The notes under the pieces are model-generated. The model was given only the letters and a program-made list of their open reading frames with translations, had not been told where the DNA came from and ran no database searches. Both the position numbers and the translations under genes were made by a program. From positions 300,703-364,702 of IMG/VR virus record IMGVR_UViG_3300044712_001937: a stretch of DNA of 64,000 nt. One strand, 5' to 3'. Position 1 is the first letter of the stretch, and each line of letters opens with the position of its first letter. Positions 49,701 to 59,600 of this stretch are shown here, piece after piece.

Positions 49701-50395
49701 ATTTCAGAATCATTATCATCAGGTTTATATACTTCTAATATAGTCTCAAAACCACGATTATCACGAACACCTATTGCAAATAATCTATGAATTTGATAAC
49801 GTAAACCAGTTGTTTCACAGTCAAATGTTAATTTATGTACATCTTTATATTCTTCAAAACCTTTAAATAACCTACTTCTTGTTGATATAAAAAATTGTTC
49901 ATTAGTTCTTGGAGAATAAAATAAATCACGATATTTATACATAACATCGCCTTTTTTATCCTTTAAAAAATTTCCATCACCATCACAAAGTTTTTCATAA
50001 GGACTAATACCACCATCTCTTAAATAATTAATAATAGAATTATAGCCATATTTACTTGTGATTTTATAACAAAATCCATCTACAAGTCTTTTCTGACCAC
50101 CAGTTTTTAATGGAATTATTTTAATTCCATATTTAATCCTCATGCTATGTATGAATTCAGGAGAATTTCCATTATATAAAACATGTCCTAATTTTCCTAA
50201 ATCTTTCATATACATAAAAGGTTCATAATCTATTTGAACTATTTTAGGTTTTTGACCGGGTTCATGTATTACACAATCGGCATAACTTTTACTTGGGTCT
50301 GTTTCAACATTCACCAAATATTTGATGTTATCATTATACCCTTCAAGGAAACCTTTAATTTCTCCTAATATTTCTTTTTTATCAAACTTACTCAT
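46703..50395 (-). CDS. Family B DNA polymerase
   Basis: Exonuclease motifs FDCETTG, GFNSENFDFDFI and YLLDD; polymerase motifs IDYASLYP, KILNNSLFG and AVTDG. Confidence 0.95.
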   Translation of the reverse strand: MSKFDKKEILGEIKGFLEGYNDNIKYLVNVETDPSKSYADCVIHEPGQKPKIVQIDYEPFMYMKDLGKLGHVLYNGNSPEFIHSMRIKYGIKIIPLKTGGQKRLVDGFCYKITSKYGYNSIINYLRDGGISPYEKLCDGDGNFLKDKKGDVMYKYRDLFYSPRTNEQFFISTRSRLFKGFEEYKDVHKLTFDCETTGLRYQIHRLFAIGVRDNRGFETILEVYKPDDNDSEIKLIQDFFNLINIIKPAVISGFNSENFDFDFILGRAKILKMDLSAIPTTLNQDIQLKRRGNSTFKHGSTAEKYTATEMWGYSIIDILHAAKKTAALNSDMKETKLKYLAKFEKVAKPNRTYISGEDNNIGRYYNENKIFVINENNEYLEILDEYQDTAKKLYTLQANKDRLSVEKYNSFRKEYLDSNPNFVDWLRKEAIPQKMTSFIGGKKLVKQYLLDDLWETEQIDELYNQSSFSLAKIIPTTYQRVCTMGTAAIWNLLLTAWSYENDIAIPFSEAKNGFSGGLARCYRIGYSKRIVKIDYASLYPMTQLTEDIFPMFDITGVIKKMLLYLTTTRNIYKRLASGDSLKEEEIQLLKEIDHETYLKLINNQITSEDKALFKIKQLPIKILNNSLFGALGSGISFNWSDNVCAARITCTGRIHLRHAVKWFSYYKLIPLLAVTDGINFSIPDYTNIRVTDEGVFVEEQEGLIEDMWKYHGLSGVPAIIEKYNVEEMKPPFMSVDNDGESLACLNLSRINYATLSLAKDKKTGNMKEKIKLTGNTIKSKTMPEYIEDFIDKGLDMILHGKGKEFVDYYYDYAENIRYMQIPLKKIASKSKVKISLSAYKKRGKDKNGRDKGMQAHMELLIKKRELIAEKLFQEHKHSLIYTKSEEKLSIDDKMKLVINHMPPEPELDSMVYYVNTGYLKSHGDSRIIKDKKTGEDRLCAKLISHEDLLNNPNMTDEYNYVKYLDAFNKRVETLLLGFEPEVRKNILVKLDKKTGNLKKEMFTSDQLELKSFELDTFDESMHMEKMEVIFWNKTGYDPRLIWDGFKLYDDYEHKIYYEIYDNALNYLNDLMKKSNKPLIKSINDKYEDGDFVLIKDGSSYNLGAYNGIYIEIIRTDIPIPKCEIELELDKIREEEEKRLQDLEIAQLNEKSDKELLEESEILFRGRVFSEFKLAYGLPKDSTMEQVFKQIDKSKEVFEELVSLRIDEVLNDNSEDDGLNDVGSIDNFNEES

Positions 50396-50408
50396 ATTTT
50401 AAATTTAA

Positions 50409-51242
50409 TTAATTACCTATGTCGTTTTTTTCATTATAATAATCATCATGTGATAGCGATGAATACCAATTAAAATCTAACTTCAATTGAAATGGTTCTC
50501 TTTTAGGACATTCCCAATTTTCACGTTTAATTTCATCACCATTTTCATTAAAAATTTTATATCCTATATTTTGCAATTCTTTAATTTTATTTTTTTTAAT
50601 TTCTTCACGATAATAATCTGGGAAACTATTCATTCCATAATAATCAGAATTAATAATTCTTTTACATGCAGTACATTCACAACATGGTTTATATTTAATA
50701 ATCTTTTCATTTGAATTTATAATAGTAGGATTTTCACAACTAACTATCAAATTAAAATACTTTGATGGTAATTCATGTGCCATTTCAACCTTAAAAGCTT
50801 TTTTTAATGGAAATTTTAATGGAACTAATTTATTATTTGCATATATTGTTTTATATGAATTATAAATTTTCTGAATATCATCTAAATATGACAATGCATC
50901 ATCATTACCCACATAACCAATTTGAATTTCATCAATTCTTTCTTGATAAAAAAGTAAACCAAATATCCATATTGGCATTTGTTTAAACATTAATTCACCA
51001 TAACAACAATGATTAACATTTACACTTAATATTGTTTCAATCCGATTAATATTAAATCCAAATTCTTCGTAAAATAATTCAAATAATAAATTAATTCTAT
51101 TTTTTTCTAACAAAACTTTTTCATTATTATTACTAATTTCAATATATATGGGATAAACTCGATTACCTTCTTTTAGATTTTTCCAAACTAAATATGTTGA
51201 ATCTAATCCTCCTGAAAACAAAACAGCAACACTTTTACTCAT
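50409..51242 (-). CDS. QueC-like (7-cyano-7-deazaguanine synthase/PP-loop ATPase) protein
   Basis: VAVLFSGGLDSTY PP-loop and a C-terminal Zn motif VSCENP...PCCECTAC. Confidence 0.75.
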   Translation of the reverse strand: MSKSVAVLFSGGLDSTYLVWKNLKEGNRVYPIYIEISNNNEKVLLEKNRINLLFELFYEEFGFNINRIETILSVNVNHCCYGELMFKQMPIWIFGLLFYQERIDEIQIGYVGNDDALSYLDDIQKIYNSYKTIYANNKLVPLKFPLKKAFKVEMAHELPSKYFNLIVSCENPTIINSNEKIIKYKPCCECTACKRIINSDYYGMNSFPDYYREEIKKNKIKELQNIGYKIFNENGDEIKRENWECPKREPFQLKLDFNWYSSLSHDDYYNEKNDIGN

Positions 51243-51272
51243 TTTTAGTAGCTTTTGTAGTTTTTTTAAATT

Positions 51273-51611
51273 TTAACTTTTTTGTTTTTTATTATAAACC
51301 AAATAACCATCACCACAATTAAATTCACTTTTATGCATAGTATCAATAACATTATCCGGAAACACACCAGATAACCATAGTGCTGTAATAAAATTATTTG
51401 CAACTAATTCATATTTGCAACCTAATACCTCAATATCAAAATTCAAATATACGATATCACTTTTATTTTGCAAATAATTTACAATTACTTGTGTAAAAAC
51501 TCCATTTAATTTAGGTTTAAAATTAACATCACTCACATCTATTTCATTTAATAATGCATTTATTAATACATCTTGAAATATGTTATATCCCCAATAATAT
51601 TCACTTCCCAT
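51273..51611 (-). CDS. Hypothetical protein
   Basis: 112-aa ORF coupled to the helicase gene. Confidence 0.7.
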   Translation of the reverse strand: MGSEYYWGYNIFQDVLINALLNEIDVSDVNFKPKLNGVFTQVIVNYLQNKSDIVYLNFDIEVLGCKYELVANNFITALWLSGVFPDNVIDTMHKSEFNCGDGYLVYNKKQKS

Positions 51612-53385
51612 GTTTTTTCTTTATAATATTAATTAAATCATTAATTATACTTTGATTAATATCAGATTCATATTTTTCGCCATCTATAACTTGAGTAATT
51701 TCGCTCCTTTTTCCTTCAATTAAATTAAATATATATTCATCAATAGTATCTTTATAAATAAATAAATATGCATTAACTGCATTTTTTTGTCCAATTCTTG
51801 CAACTCTATCTGTACATTGGTCTAAAGTTCCGGGTGTCCAAGGCATCGTAGTTAATCCAACTTTACTTGCTGCAGTTAATGTTAATCCTTCTTTAGTTGT
51901 ATTTTCACTACCAAAAAATAATTTATATTTACTATTCTCATCTTGAAATAATTTAACTGCTTCAGCACGTTCAAAATCTTTTTGGTCTCCAGTATGAATT
52001 ACAGATATATCAGAATATTTTTCATATAATTTATATAAACTTTTTTTATAATAATCAATGATAACAAATTTTTCATTTGATTCTAATATTGAATCTATTA
52101 ATTCATTTACATTATTAATTTTTAAAAAAGAAGTATATTCTCTTAATTTACCCATAATCACTAAAGGATTATTAATTTCTCTATTACAAAATTCATTAGC
52201 AATACCTTCTTCAAGATTATAATAAATTTCATATTCTTCAGGAGTCATTTCAAGTATAACTTTTTGATATGATTTTTCGGGTAAATCTTTCAAAACCTCA
52301 GATTTCTTTTTTCTATATGTAAATGGTGAAATTTTATTAAATAATTCTTCAAATTTAGTATTTTCTTCATCAACAGTCCAACCATATCCATTTATTTGAT
52401 AACTCATTCCACAATAATATTCATAAAAATATTTTTTTGTTGGAAATTCAATGGGTGAAATTTGATTTAACACTGTATATAATTCTGCTGCTTTCGATGG
52501 TGCTGGAGTTCCACTCATAAAAATTTTTGATACTTTTTTATTTCTAAAAACATTTTCATTAAATATTTTTTTTATTGCCTTAAAAGTATTGCTACTATTT
52601 GATTTAATTCGGTGAGATTCATCACAAATCAACACATCTATTTTACCTATATTTAATTTTTCAAATTTATCGAATGTTTTATTAAAATTTGATGAATTAA
52701 AATATTCATAATTTGTTATAATATATTTAGCATCTTCAATTAAACACTTATTTTTTTTACCAATAATATACACATTAGAATTTGTAAATTTTTCGACTTC
52801 ATTATAATAATTATATTTTAATGAATTTGGTGTAATAACAAAAACTTTTTTAAAATCATTCATTTCAACATAAGCAATTGATATTAAAGATTTTCCAGTA
52901 CCCATATCTAACGCTAATAATACGTTTCTAACCACATTTAAAAACATAACACCTATAACCTGATGTGGATATAAAGAAATATTAGATTTTAAATATTTAT
53001 GAACATTATCAATATACTTATAATATGATTTTTCAAGTTCTTTCTTATATTCGACCCACTCTTCTTTTTTTATATTTAATTCTGCAATAAATTTACGTTT
53101 ATCTTCTTCACGAGAATCTATTTTTATTATTTGTTGAATAAAAATATTTTTACTTTCATTACTACCAAAATCAAAATGAATTTTATTAGAATTTTTATAA
53201 AATTTAATTAAATTATATAAACCAGCAGTGGTCAATTCCCAAGCTAATATAGATGGATTCCATTTACGTGTTTCACGAGGTAAATTTTTTATTCTATCAG
53301 TTAATTGATTATTTGGGAAATATCTAATACAATATAAATTTTTATTCCTTATTCTTTCACAATTAACTATAAATACATCATTCAT
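51601..53385 (-). CDS. SNF2-family helicase with an N-terminal HARP-like domain (SMARCAL1-like)
   Basis: ALDMGTGKS, ICDESHRIK, MSGTP, EGLTLTAA and QCTDRVARIGQ; N-terminal IKNLPRETRKWNPSILAWEL. The start is placed at ATG 53385, downstream of the TAnnTTTG element (53403-53410). Confidence 0.9.
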   Translation of the reverse strand: MNDVFIVNCERIRNKNLYCIRYFPNNQLTDRIKNLPRETRKWNPSILAWELTTAGLYNLIKFYKNSNKIHFDFGSNESKNIFIQQIIKIDSREEDKRKFIAELNIKKEEWVEYKKELEKSYYKYIDNVHKYLKSNISLYPHQVIGVMFLNVVRNVLLALDMGTGKSLISIAYVEMNDFKKVFVITPNSLKYNYYNEVEKFTNSNVYIIGKKNKCLIEDAKYIITNYEYFNSSNFNKTFDKFEKLNIGKIDVLICDESHRIKSNSSNTFKAIKKIFNENVFRNKKVSKIFMSGTPAPSKAAELYTVLNQISPIEFPTKKYFYEYYCGMSYQINGYGWTVDEENTKFEELFNKISPFTYRKKKSEVLKDLPEKSYQKVILEMTPEEYEIYYNLEEGIANEFCNREINNPLVIMGKLREYTSFLKINNVNELIDSILESNEKFVIIDYYKKSLYKLYEKYSDISVIHTGDQKDFERAEAVKLFQDENSKYKLFFGSENTTKEGLTLTAASKVGLTTMPWTPGTLDQCTDRVARIGQKNAVNAYLFIYKDTIDEYIFNLIEGKRSEITQVIDGEKYESDINQSIINDLINIIKKKHGK

Positions 53386-53402
53386 AACTAAATCATATTT
53401 GA

Positions 53403-53410
53403 CAAATATA
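53403..53410 (-). promoter_or_regulatory. Bacteroidota-type -7 element (TATATTTG)
   Basis: TAnnTTTG upstream of the helicase ATG. Confidence 0.55.
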
Positions 53411-53478
53411 TTATTATTTTGATATAAATACAAGAAAATAAAATTATATCCACGTATTTATATAAAATTATTGCTGCT

Positions 53479-54372
53479 ATGAATATTTGGACTTTTGATA
53501 GATGTAAAGATGAAGCATTAAAATATTATACAAAAAAAGATTTTACTAAAAATTCAGGAAGTGCATATAATGCTGCATATAAAAATTGTTGGTTAAATGA
53601 TATTTGTAAACATATGATAATATTTACAAAACCTAAAAGCTATTGGACTTTTGATAAGTGTAAAGATGAAGCATTAAAATATTATACAAAAAAAGATTTT
53701 AGAAATTATTCTAATTCTGCTTATCAAATAGCAAAAAAGGGGAAATTTTTGGATGAAATATGTACTCATATGATACTATTAGGAAATAGTCATAATAAAA
53801 CAATTTATGTATATGAATTTTCTGACAATCATGCATATATTGGAATTACTTATAACATAATAAAAAGAAATTATGAACATTTAAGTGATATTAAAAGTCC
53901 TGTATATAAATACATAAATAAAACTAATTTAATTCCAATAAAAAAAATATTAACAAATTATTTGGTTGAAAATATTAAAGCAAAATCTCTTGAAATTTAT
54001 TGGATAGATTATTATAAATCTAATAATTGGATTTTATTAAATAAAGCTAAAGGAGGTGCTTTAGGTGGTAATAAAATTTATTGGACATTTGAAAAATGTA
54101 AAGAAGAAGCATTAAAATATAATACAAGATATTTATTTCAAAAAAATTCAGGAAGTGCATATAATGCATCTTTAAAAAATGAATGGCTAAATGATATATG
54201 TAAACATATGATAAAAACACAAAAACCAACAAGCTACTGGACTTTTGATAGATGTAAAATAGAAGCATTAAAATATAATAGAAGATTTTTATTTCAAAAA
54301 AATTCTATTAGTGCATATAATGCTGCATATAAAAAAAAATGGCTAAATGATATATGTAAACATATGATTTAA
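53479..54372 (+). mobile_element. GIY-YIG homing endonuclease with four ~45-aa repeats, on the opposite strand
   Basis: IYVYEFSDNHAYIGIT...R...H...E...N core; four WTF(D/E)xCK.EALKY...SAY..A.K..(W/F)L..IC.HM repeats; own GTATTTATA on the plus strand (53454-53462). Confidence 0.82.
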
Positions 54373-54785
54373 ATAACACTTGTTTTAGTTAAACTATCAG
54401 TAATAATAATGTTTATATAACTTTCAGTAGGTAATGTTATTTTTCCACAATCTCCTTCACCTAAAAAATCTAATTTAAATTCACCTTGGAATCTACCTGC
54501 TATTTTAGTATCTTTTAGATTAAATTTATAAGTTAAAGAATATTTTTCTTCATCAGGATATAATTCTCTATCATTATTTATCACAAGATTTGCTGCAACA
54601 TTTGCTATACGATATATACCTGTTTCAACATCAATCATAGAAAATGTCACAGCTATATTATCCAACATATCATCAGTTAAATCATATTTTTCTCTAATTT
54701 GCTGAATTAAAGGATATTTTAAAATAGGTAAAGTACTATCTTTTTTTATAAAAAAATTTTTATTATCAAATGTTGAATAATTCAT
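54369..54785 (-). CDS. BppU N-terminal (baseplate upper protein)-like domain protein
   Basis: FFIKKDSTLP.L...VTFSMID...YSLTYKF...DT...GRFQGEF...ITLPT pattern. Confidence 0.55.
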   Translation of the reverse strand: MNYSTFDNKNFFIKKDSTLPILKYPLIQQIREKYDLTDDMLDNIAVTFSMIDVETGIYRIANVAANLVINNDRELYPDEEKYSLTYKFNLKDTKIAGRFQGEFKLDFLGEGDCGKITLPTESYINIIITDSLTKTSVI

Positions 54786-55180
54786 TATCCTACGTTGTTA
54801 TTATTATCTTGATTTAATTCTTTCATTATTTTACACCTATCTGCTTTCAAAGCATCAATTTTTTCTTTAGCATTAGCTCCAATACCATCTCCAATTAAAC
54901 CTAATAATAATGCTTCTAAATTAGTAAATGGATGACCTTGTATTTCAATATAAAACCTAAATAATATATATGTTGCAAGAATTGATGCTAAATATCTTTT
55001 CCAATTATCTTTTAGCCAAAATATCCAACTCCATTTTTGGGGTGTGTTTGGACTATTAACATCTCGTTTACGAGTTTCATTTAGAGAATAAAATACATAT
55101 CCTATTATAAAAAACCACACAAATCCAAATAATTCTAATAAAGAATAACTTCCGAATATAATTTTTAAAATTTCTATCAT
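54785..55180 (-). CDS. Small membrane protein (holin-like)
   Basis: Two or three hydrophobic helices and a charged C-terminus. Confidence 0.5.
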   Translation of the reverse strand: MIEILKIIFGSYSLLELFGFVWFFIIGYVFYSLNETRKRDVNSPNTPQKWSWIFWLKDNWKRYLASILATYILFRFYIEIQGHPFTNLEALLLGLIGDGIGANAKEKIDALKADRCKIMKELNQDNNNNVG

Positions 55181-55206
55181 ATTATTATGTTTTTATATAT
55201 TTTTGT

Positions 55207-55222
55207 TATTTATATATAAATA
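55207..55222. promoter_or_regulatory. Palindromic, probably bidirectional late-promoter element
   Basis: Perfect 16-bp palindrome TATTTATATATAAATA between divergent genes. Confidence 0.55.
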
Positions 55223-55226
55223 CTTT

Positions 55227-55919
55227 ATGATAAAATTAAAAGAATATAAAATGGATGATATTTCATTTCATTTAACAGATGATTGTAATATTAGATGTAA
55301 AGAATGTCATTGGTTCTCAGATAAAATAATGAATTCAGGTTATATACCATATAATGTTTATATTGATTGGATAAATAATAATATTCAACAAATTAAACGA
55401 ATTAGGTTAACTGGTGGAGAACCTACTATGTATAAAGATTTCGTAAATTTAGTTAATAATATTCCAGATAAAATATGGATTAGAGTTAATTCAAACGGAT
55501 TAAATATTGATAAATTAAGTCAAATAAAAAACAGAAATAAACTTGAATTAGTTATAAGTATTAATAGACCAATAACTTCAGAATTTAAACAAAAAATTTT
55601 AGATTTAGAAATTTACGAAACGAGATTTGTAACATTTCATGGTGATAATCCTGATATGACTAATGAAGTTACGAATGCTAAACAATTTGAATTACAAAAT
55701 ATTGAAAATAAAAAATGTAAATGTCGTAGTAAATTAATTAGATTTGGTAGTGATGGTTATGCATATAACTGTGAAATAGGATTAAGAACTAAAAATCCAA
55801 ATTTAAGAACAGGTTTATCATTATGGAATAACAATTTTTGTGATAATATCAATTGTGCAATCACAAAAAATTGCTATTCTAATTTCGTATCAGAAAATAA
55901 ATTTGAATTATTAAAGTAA
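55227..55919 (+). CDS. Radical SAM protein with a Cys-rich C-terminal (twitch/SPASM-like) region
   Basis: CNIRCKEC (CxxxCxxC), LTGGEPT and NSNG; C-terminal C...FGSDGYAYNC...C...C...C. The ATG is at 55227 (the track start is a TTG). Confidence 0.88.
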   Translation: MIKLKEYKMDDISFHLTDDCNIRCKECHWFSDKIMNSGYIPYNVYIDWINNNIQQIKRIRLTGGEPTMYKDFVNLVNNIPDKIWIRVNSNGLNIDKLSQIKNRNKLELVISINRPITSEFKQKILDLEIYETRFVTFHGDNPDMTNEVTNAKQFELQNIENKKCKCRSKLIRFGSDGYAYNCEIGLRTKNPNLRTGLSLWNNNFCDNINCAITKNCYSNFVSENKFELLK

Positions 55920-56549
55920 TTTAGGTGGCATATCAACATGCCATGTACGGTCGTATGTATGAACAACATATTGTTCATCATTACTAATATCAACTTTTAA
56001 ATTAAAATGAATTGGGTCTAATATTAAAAGATTATTTGCTAAATTTTCTTCTATTAATTTATTTATATATTTTCCTAATGTAATTATTCCAAATGGTTCT
56101 ACAGGTAATTGCATTAAATCATTTCTATTTATAGCAAATTCCATAATATCAATCCAAAAAGAAATATTAGGTTTAGCTATTGCAATAGCTGCATTATAAG
56201 CTGTATTACCACCAGTTTTTCTTCTTGTAATTGAAATATCGTATTCTGTTTCAAGAAATTTATCAATAGGTTTTAATGGATATGAATCAGTATCAACATA
56301 TATTCCACCAATTTTATGCATAATCAAATATCTACCAATATTTGATTTATTTGTCATATTTGATGATAAATAATTTGATATATATTGTGGATAAAAATCA
56401 TTAATAAATGAAGTTAATGAGTAATCATCCCATAATTTATATTCATAATTAGGATGTTTTTCTTTCCATAAATTACTATAATTTAAATATCGTTCAGGTA
56501 AATCACCTTCTCCTTGAACCCATATTTGATGAATCTTTTTAGGAATCAT
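55911..56549 (-). CDS. DxD glycosyltransferase (GT32/Och1-like)
   Basis: MIPKKIHQIW, YEYKLWDD, GGIYVDTD and H.Y..TW. Confidence 0.88.
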   Translation of the reverse strand: MIPKKIHQIWVQGEGDLPERYLNYSNLWKEKHPNYEYKLWDDYSLTSFINDFYPQYISNYLSSNMTNKSNIGRYLIMHKIGGIYVDTDSYPLKPIDKFLETEYDISITRRKTGGNTAYNAAIAIAKPNISFWIDIMEFAINRNDLMQLPVEPFGIITLGKYINKLIEENLANNLLILDPIHFNLKVDISNDEQYVVHTYDRTWHVDMPPKLL

Positions 56550-56570
56550 ATATTTTAAATTTAATTACTG

Positions 56571-56578
56571 CAAATATA
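56571..56578 (-). promoter_or_regulatory. Bacteroidota-type -7 element (TATATTTG)
   Basis: TAnnTTTG upstream of the GT32-like gene. Confidence 0.55.
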
Positions 56579-56605
56579 TATTTATTTATTTAAATATTGT
56601 AACAT

Positions 56606-59600
56606 TTATATTGCAGTTATTGATAATGTACCACCATCAGCTACAGTTAATCTATATTTAGTACCGTTTGGAGAATACATAATAATACCACCACTAGTAC
56701 CTGTACAATGTACAACTAATTTAGGTACAATAACACTTTCAGTATAACAATTAGATGGAATTACAATACTATTACCACCTAACATTACTGAACAAGTATT
56801 TCCTGAACATAATGTATTTGAAACACCACCAATAATTACAGAATTATTACTTATAACAGTATTACAACAACCCATACTAATAGAATATATACCACATGCA
56901 ATACCACCTGCCATTACTACCGAACATTGACCACATGCAATACCACCTCCAACAAGCGACATTACAAATCCCTTATCAACTAATGAACGGTCTGTATAGC
57001 TTGCGCAATAATTAGCAGCATATTGAACACCTTTAAAATTTGCATTACCTGACGATATTGTAATACCACTTCTTGAGCATATTTTTGTACCAGTAGAATC
57101 TAAAGTAATTTTTTCAATATCACTACCATTACCACTTACATTTTGATGAAATAAATTTAAACAACTTTGTTGTACAATTACACTACTTTGTAATGCATTA
57201 ATTGCTGAACTTTGAGTTAAAGCTAAAATATTGCGAGTAATGCACATTTCCACATTATTTGTTGCATCAGTCCAATTATTAACTGAAAAACAATTATTAT
57301 CTACACAAATATTAGTATTATTTGTTAATATACCCCCTAATACAACATTATTATTATTAATATTTAATCCATTTGTTGCTCCTGTTATTCCACTACCACC
57401 AACAAGTGTCATTACAAATCCCTTATCAACTAATGAACGGTCTGTATAGTTTGTTGAATAATCACCACAATATTGAATACCTGAAAAATCAACAGCACTA
57501 CCACAAATCATTAATGTACTACTACCAACATTTAATTGAGTTTTATTTCCGATACTATTATCTGCAGTTATTTCCACACCACTTGCACATGTCCAAATAA
57601 AATTATTATAACAAATATTATTACTACAAACACTATTCATACACGCTTCTGCTGGGGTAATGTATAATTGAGTAAATCTTGTTGGGGAAGATTTTTGTGT
57701 TATATCAGTAGTACCAGCATATTGTTCAATATAACTTGAGTAATCAGAAAGTGTACCAATTTTTACACATGCTGGTGTGTAAAGAATTCCAATATTCGTA
57801 CCACCGCTAATTGTAATGTTTTTTGTATTTAATCCAATATTAGTATTACCTGTTAATGTACCCCCTAATACAACATTTTGTCCAACTTTACTCAATCCAT
57901 TTGTTGCTCCTGTTATTGCAGAATTTAATACTGTACTTCCTGCAATTGCCTTAACTGTACAATCTGTCGAATTCCATGTTAATATGTTATCACTTAAACT
58001 TCCTACTGATGGTGTGCATCTTAATTTTAAATATGGTAATATTATACATTCATTAGGAGTTGTCATATCACCCATTATAAGTGATGTACTTCCAGTACCA
58101 ATATAAAGTTTACCTGAACCTGTTTCACTTAATCCTGCATTAGAACCTAAAAAAATGTTTGTAGAACCAGTTGAAGCACAACCTGCAAACATACCTATAG
58201 CTACGCTATTATTACCATATTTGTTACAAAATAAAACACTTGTACCAATACCGATATTACTAATTCCATTAACATTATTAAATAATGCTCCATTACCAAA
58301 ACCTATATTAGACCTACCTGTAGTATTACCGCTTAACGAACAATTACCGATTGCAATATTATTACTAACTAAATTTCTATACAATGCTTTATCACCAATT
58401 GCAATATTTGATGAACCTGTTAAATTTAAATATCCTGAATTATTACCGATTCCAATATTTGTATTACCTGAAGTATTACAATATAAAGCACAATAACCAT
58501 AAGCTAAATTATAACTTCCAGAAATATTTCGATATAATGTAGTCACACCATTAGCAACATTATAACAACCTGAAATATTATTTAACATAGTATTATATCC
58601 TATTGCAACATTAGAACGACCTGAAATATTATTATTCATAGTAGATGTACCTAATGAAATATTAGCAAATCCACAAATATTTTTAGATAAACTTCTATAG
58701 CCAATTGCAATATTATTATTACAAGTATTTGCACTTAATGCACTACAACCAATGGCAATATTATTTAAACCCGTTAAATTTGAATATAGCGAATTTAAAC
58801 CTATTGCAATATTATTAACACCTGTACTATTATTAATTAATGCATTTTGACCTATTCTAACATTACTTAAACTATTTCTTCCAGCATCAAAAAATGTTAC
58901 TCCTGAAATCTGATATCCACAAGTTGTATTTAATTTAGCACCACTACAAATATTTAAACTGTAATTTCCAGTTAAACTCGTATTTCCTGTTAATGCTCCA
59001 CCCAATACAACACTACTACCAACTTTACTTAAACCATTATTTAAACATATATTTTCAGCAATACCTGATGAATTAAAACCTGCAAGGGAATTATTAGTGC
59101 CAATATGACCACTATCACTCCAATTTAAATTTGTAAGATTAGCATGATTATTTGAACTAACCCCAACTAAACTTATAGTAGACATTTTACTACCTGTAAT
59201 ATAAGTTATACCATTAGTCGGAATTGTTACTTTACCATAATTAGTATTTCCATTTGCAGTAAAATATGTAATACGTGCATAAAGAACAAATTCCGCACTT
59301 CTATTACTTAAATCACCTAAATACAACCCACGAGTATCTTCAGCTTGAGCCGTAGCTAATGTTGTATATGTAGCTTGTGGTTGTATAAAAACCATTCGGT
59401 ATCTTTGAGAATTAACATCAGATGTTGTAGGAATTAAAAGTTGATATACATTATAATATCTATTATTAACACCTACAGTCATAGCACCAGTAGTAGGAGT
59501 ATTTACATATATAAATTGATTTGTTCCGGGAGCTGAAAATGGACGTGCTGCACTATATGTATAAACACTTGAGTTTCCACTTACATGCATTAAAGTATAA

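Noticed and set aside
46703-50395. Intein in the DNA polymerase
   Set aside because: No C/S...HN-(C/S/T) junctions or LAGLIDADG motifs are seen, and the insertions are too short.
55227-55919. Radical SAM protein as QueE partnering the QueC-like gene
   Set aside because: It has an extra Cys-rich C-terminal cluster region, lies on the opposite strand 4 kb away and abuts a glycosyltransferase gene. QueE cannot be supported from motifs alone.
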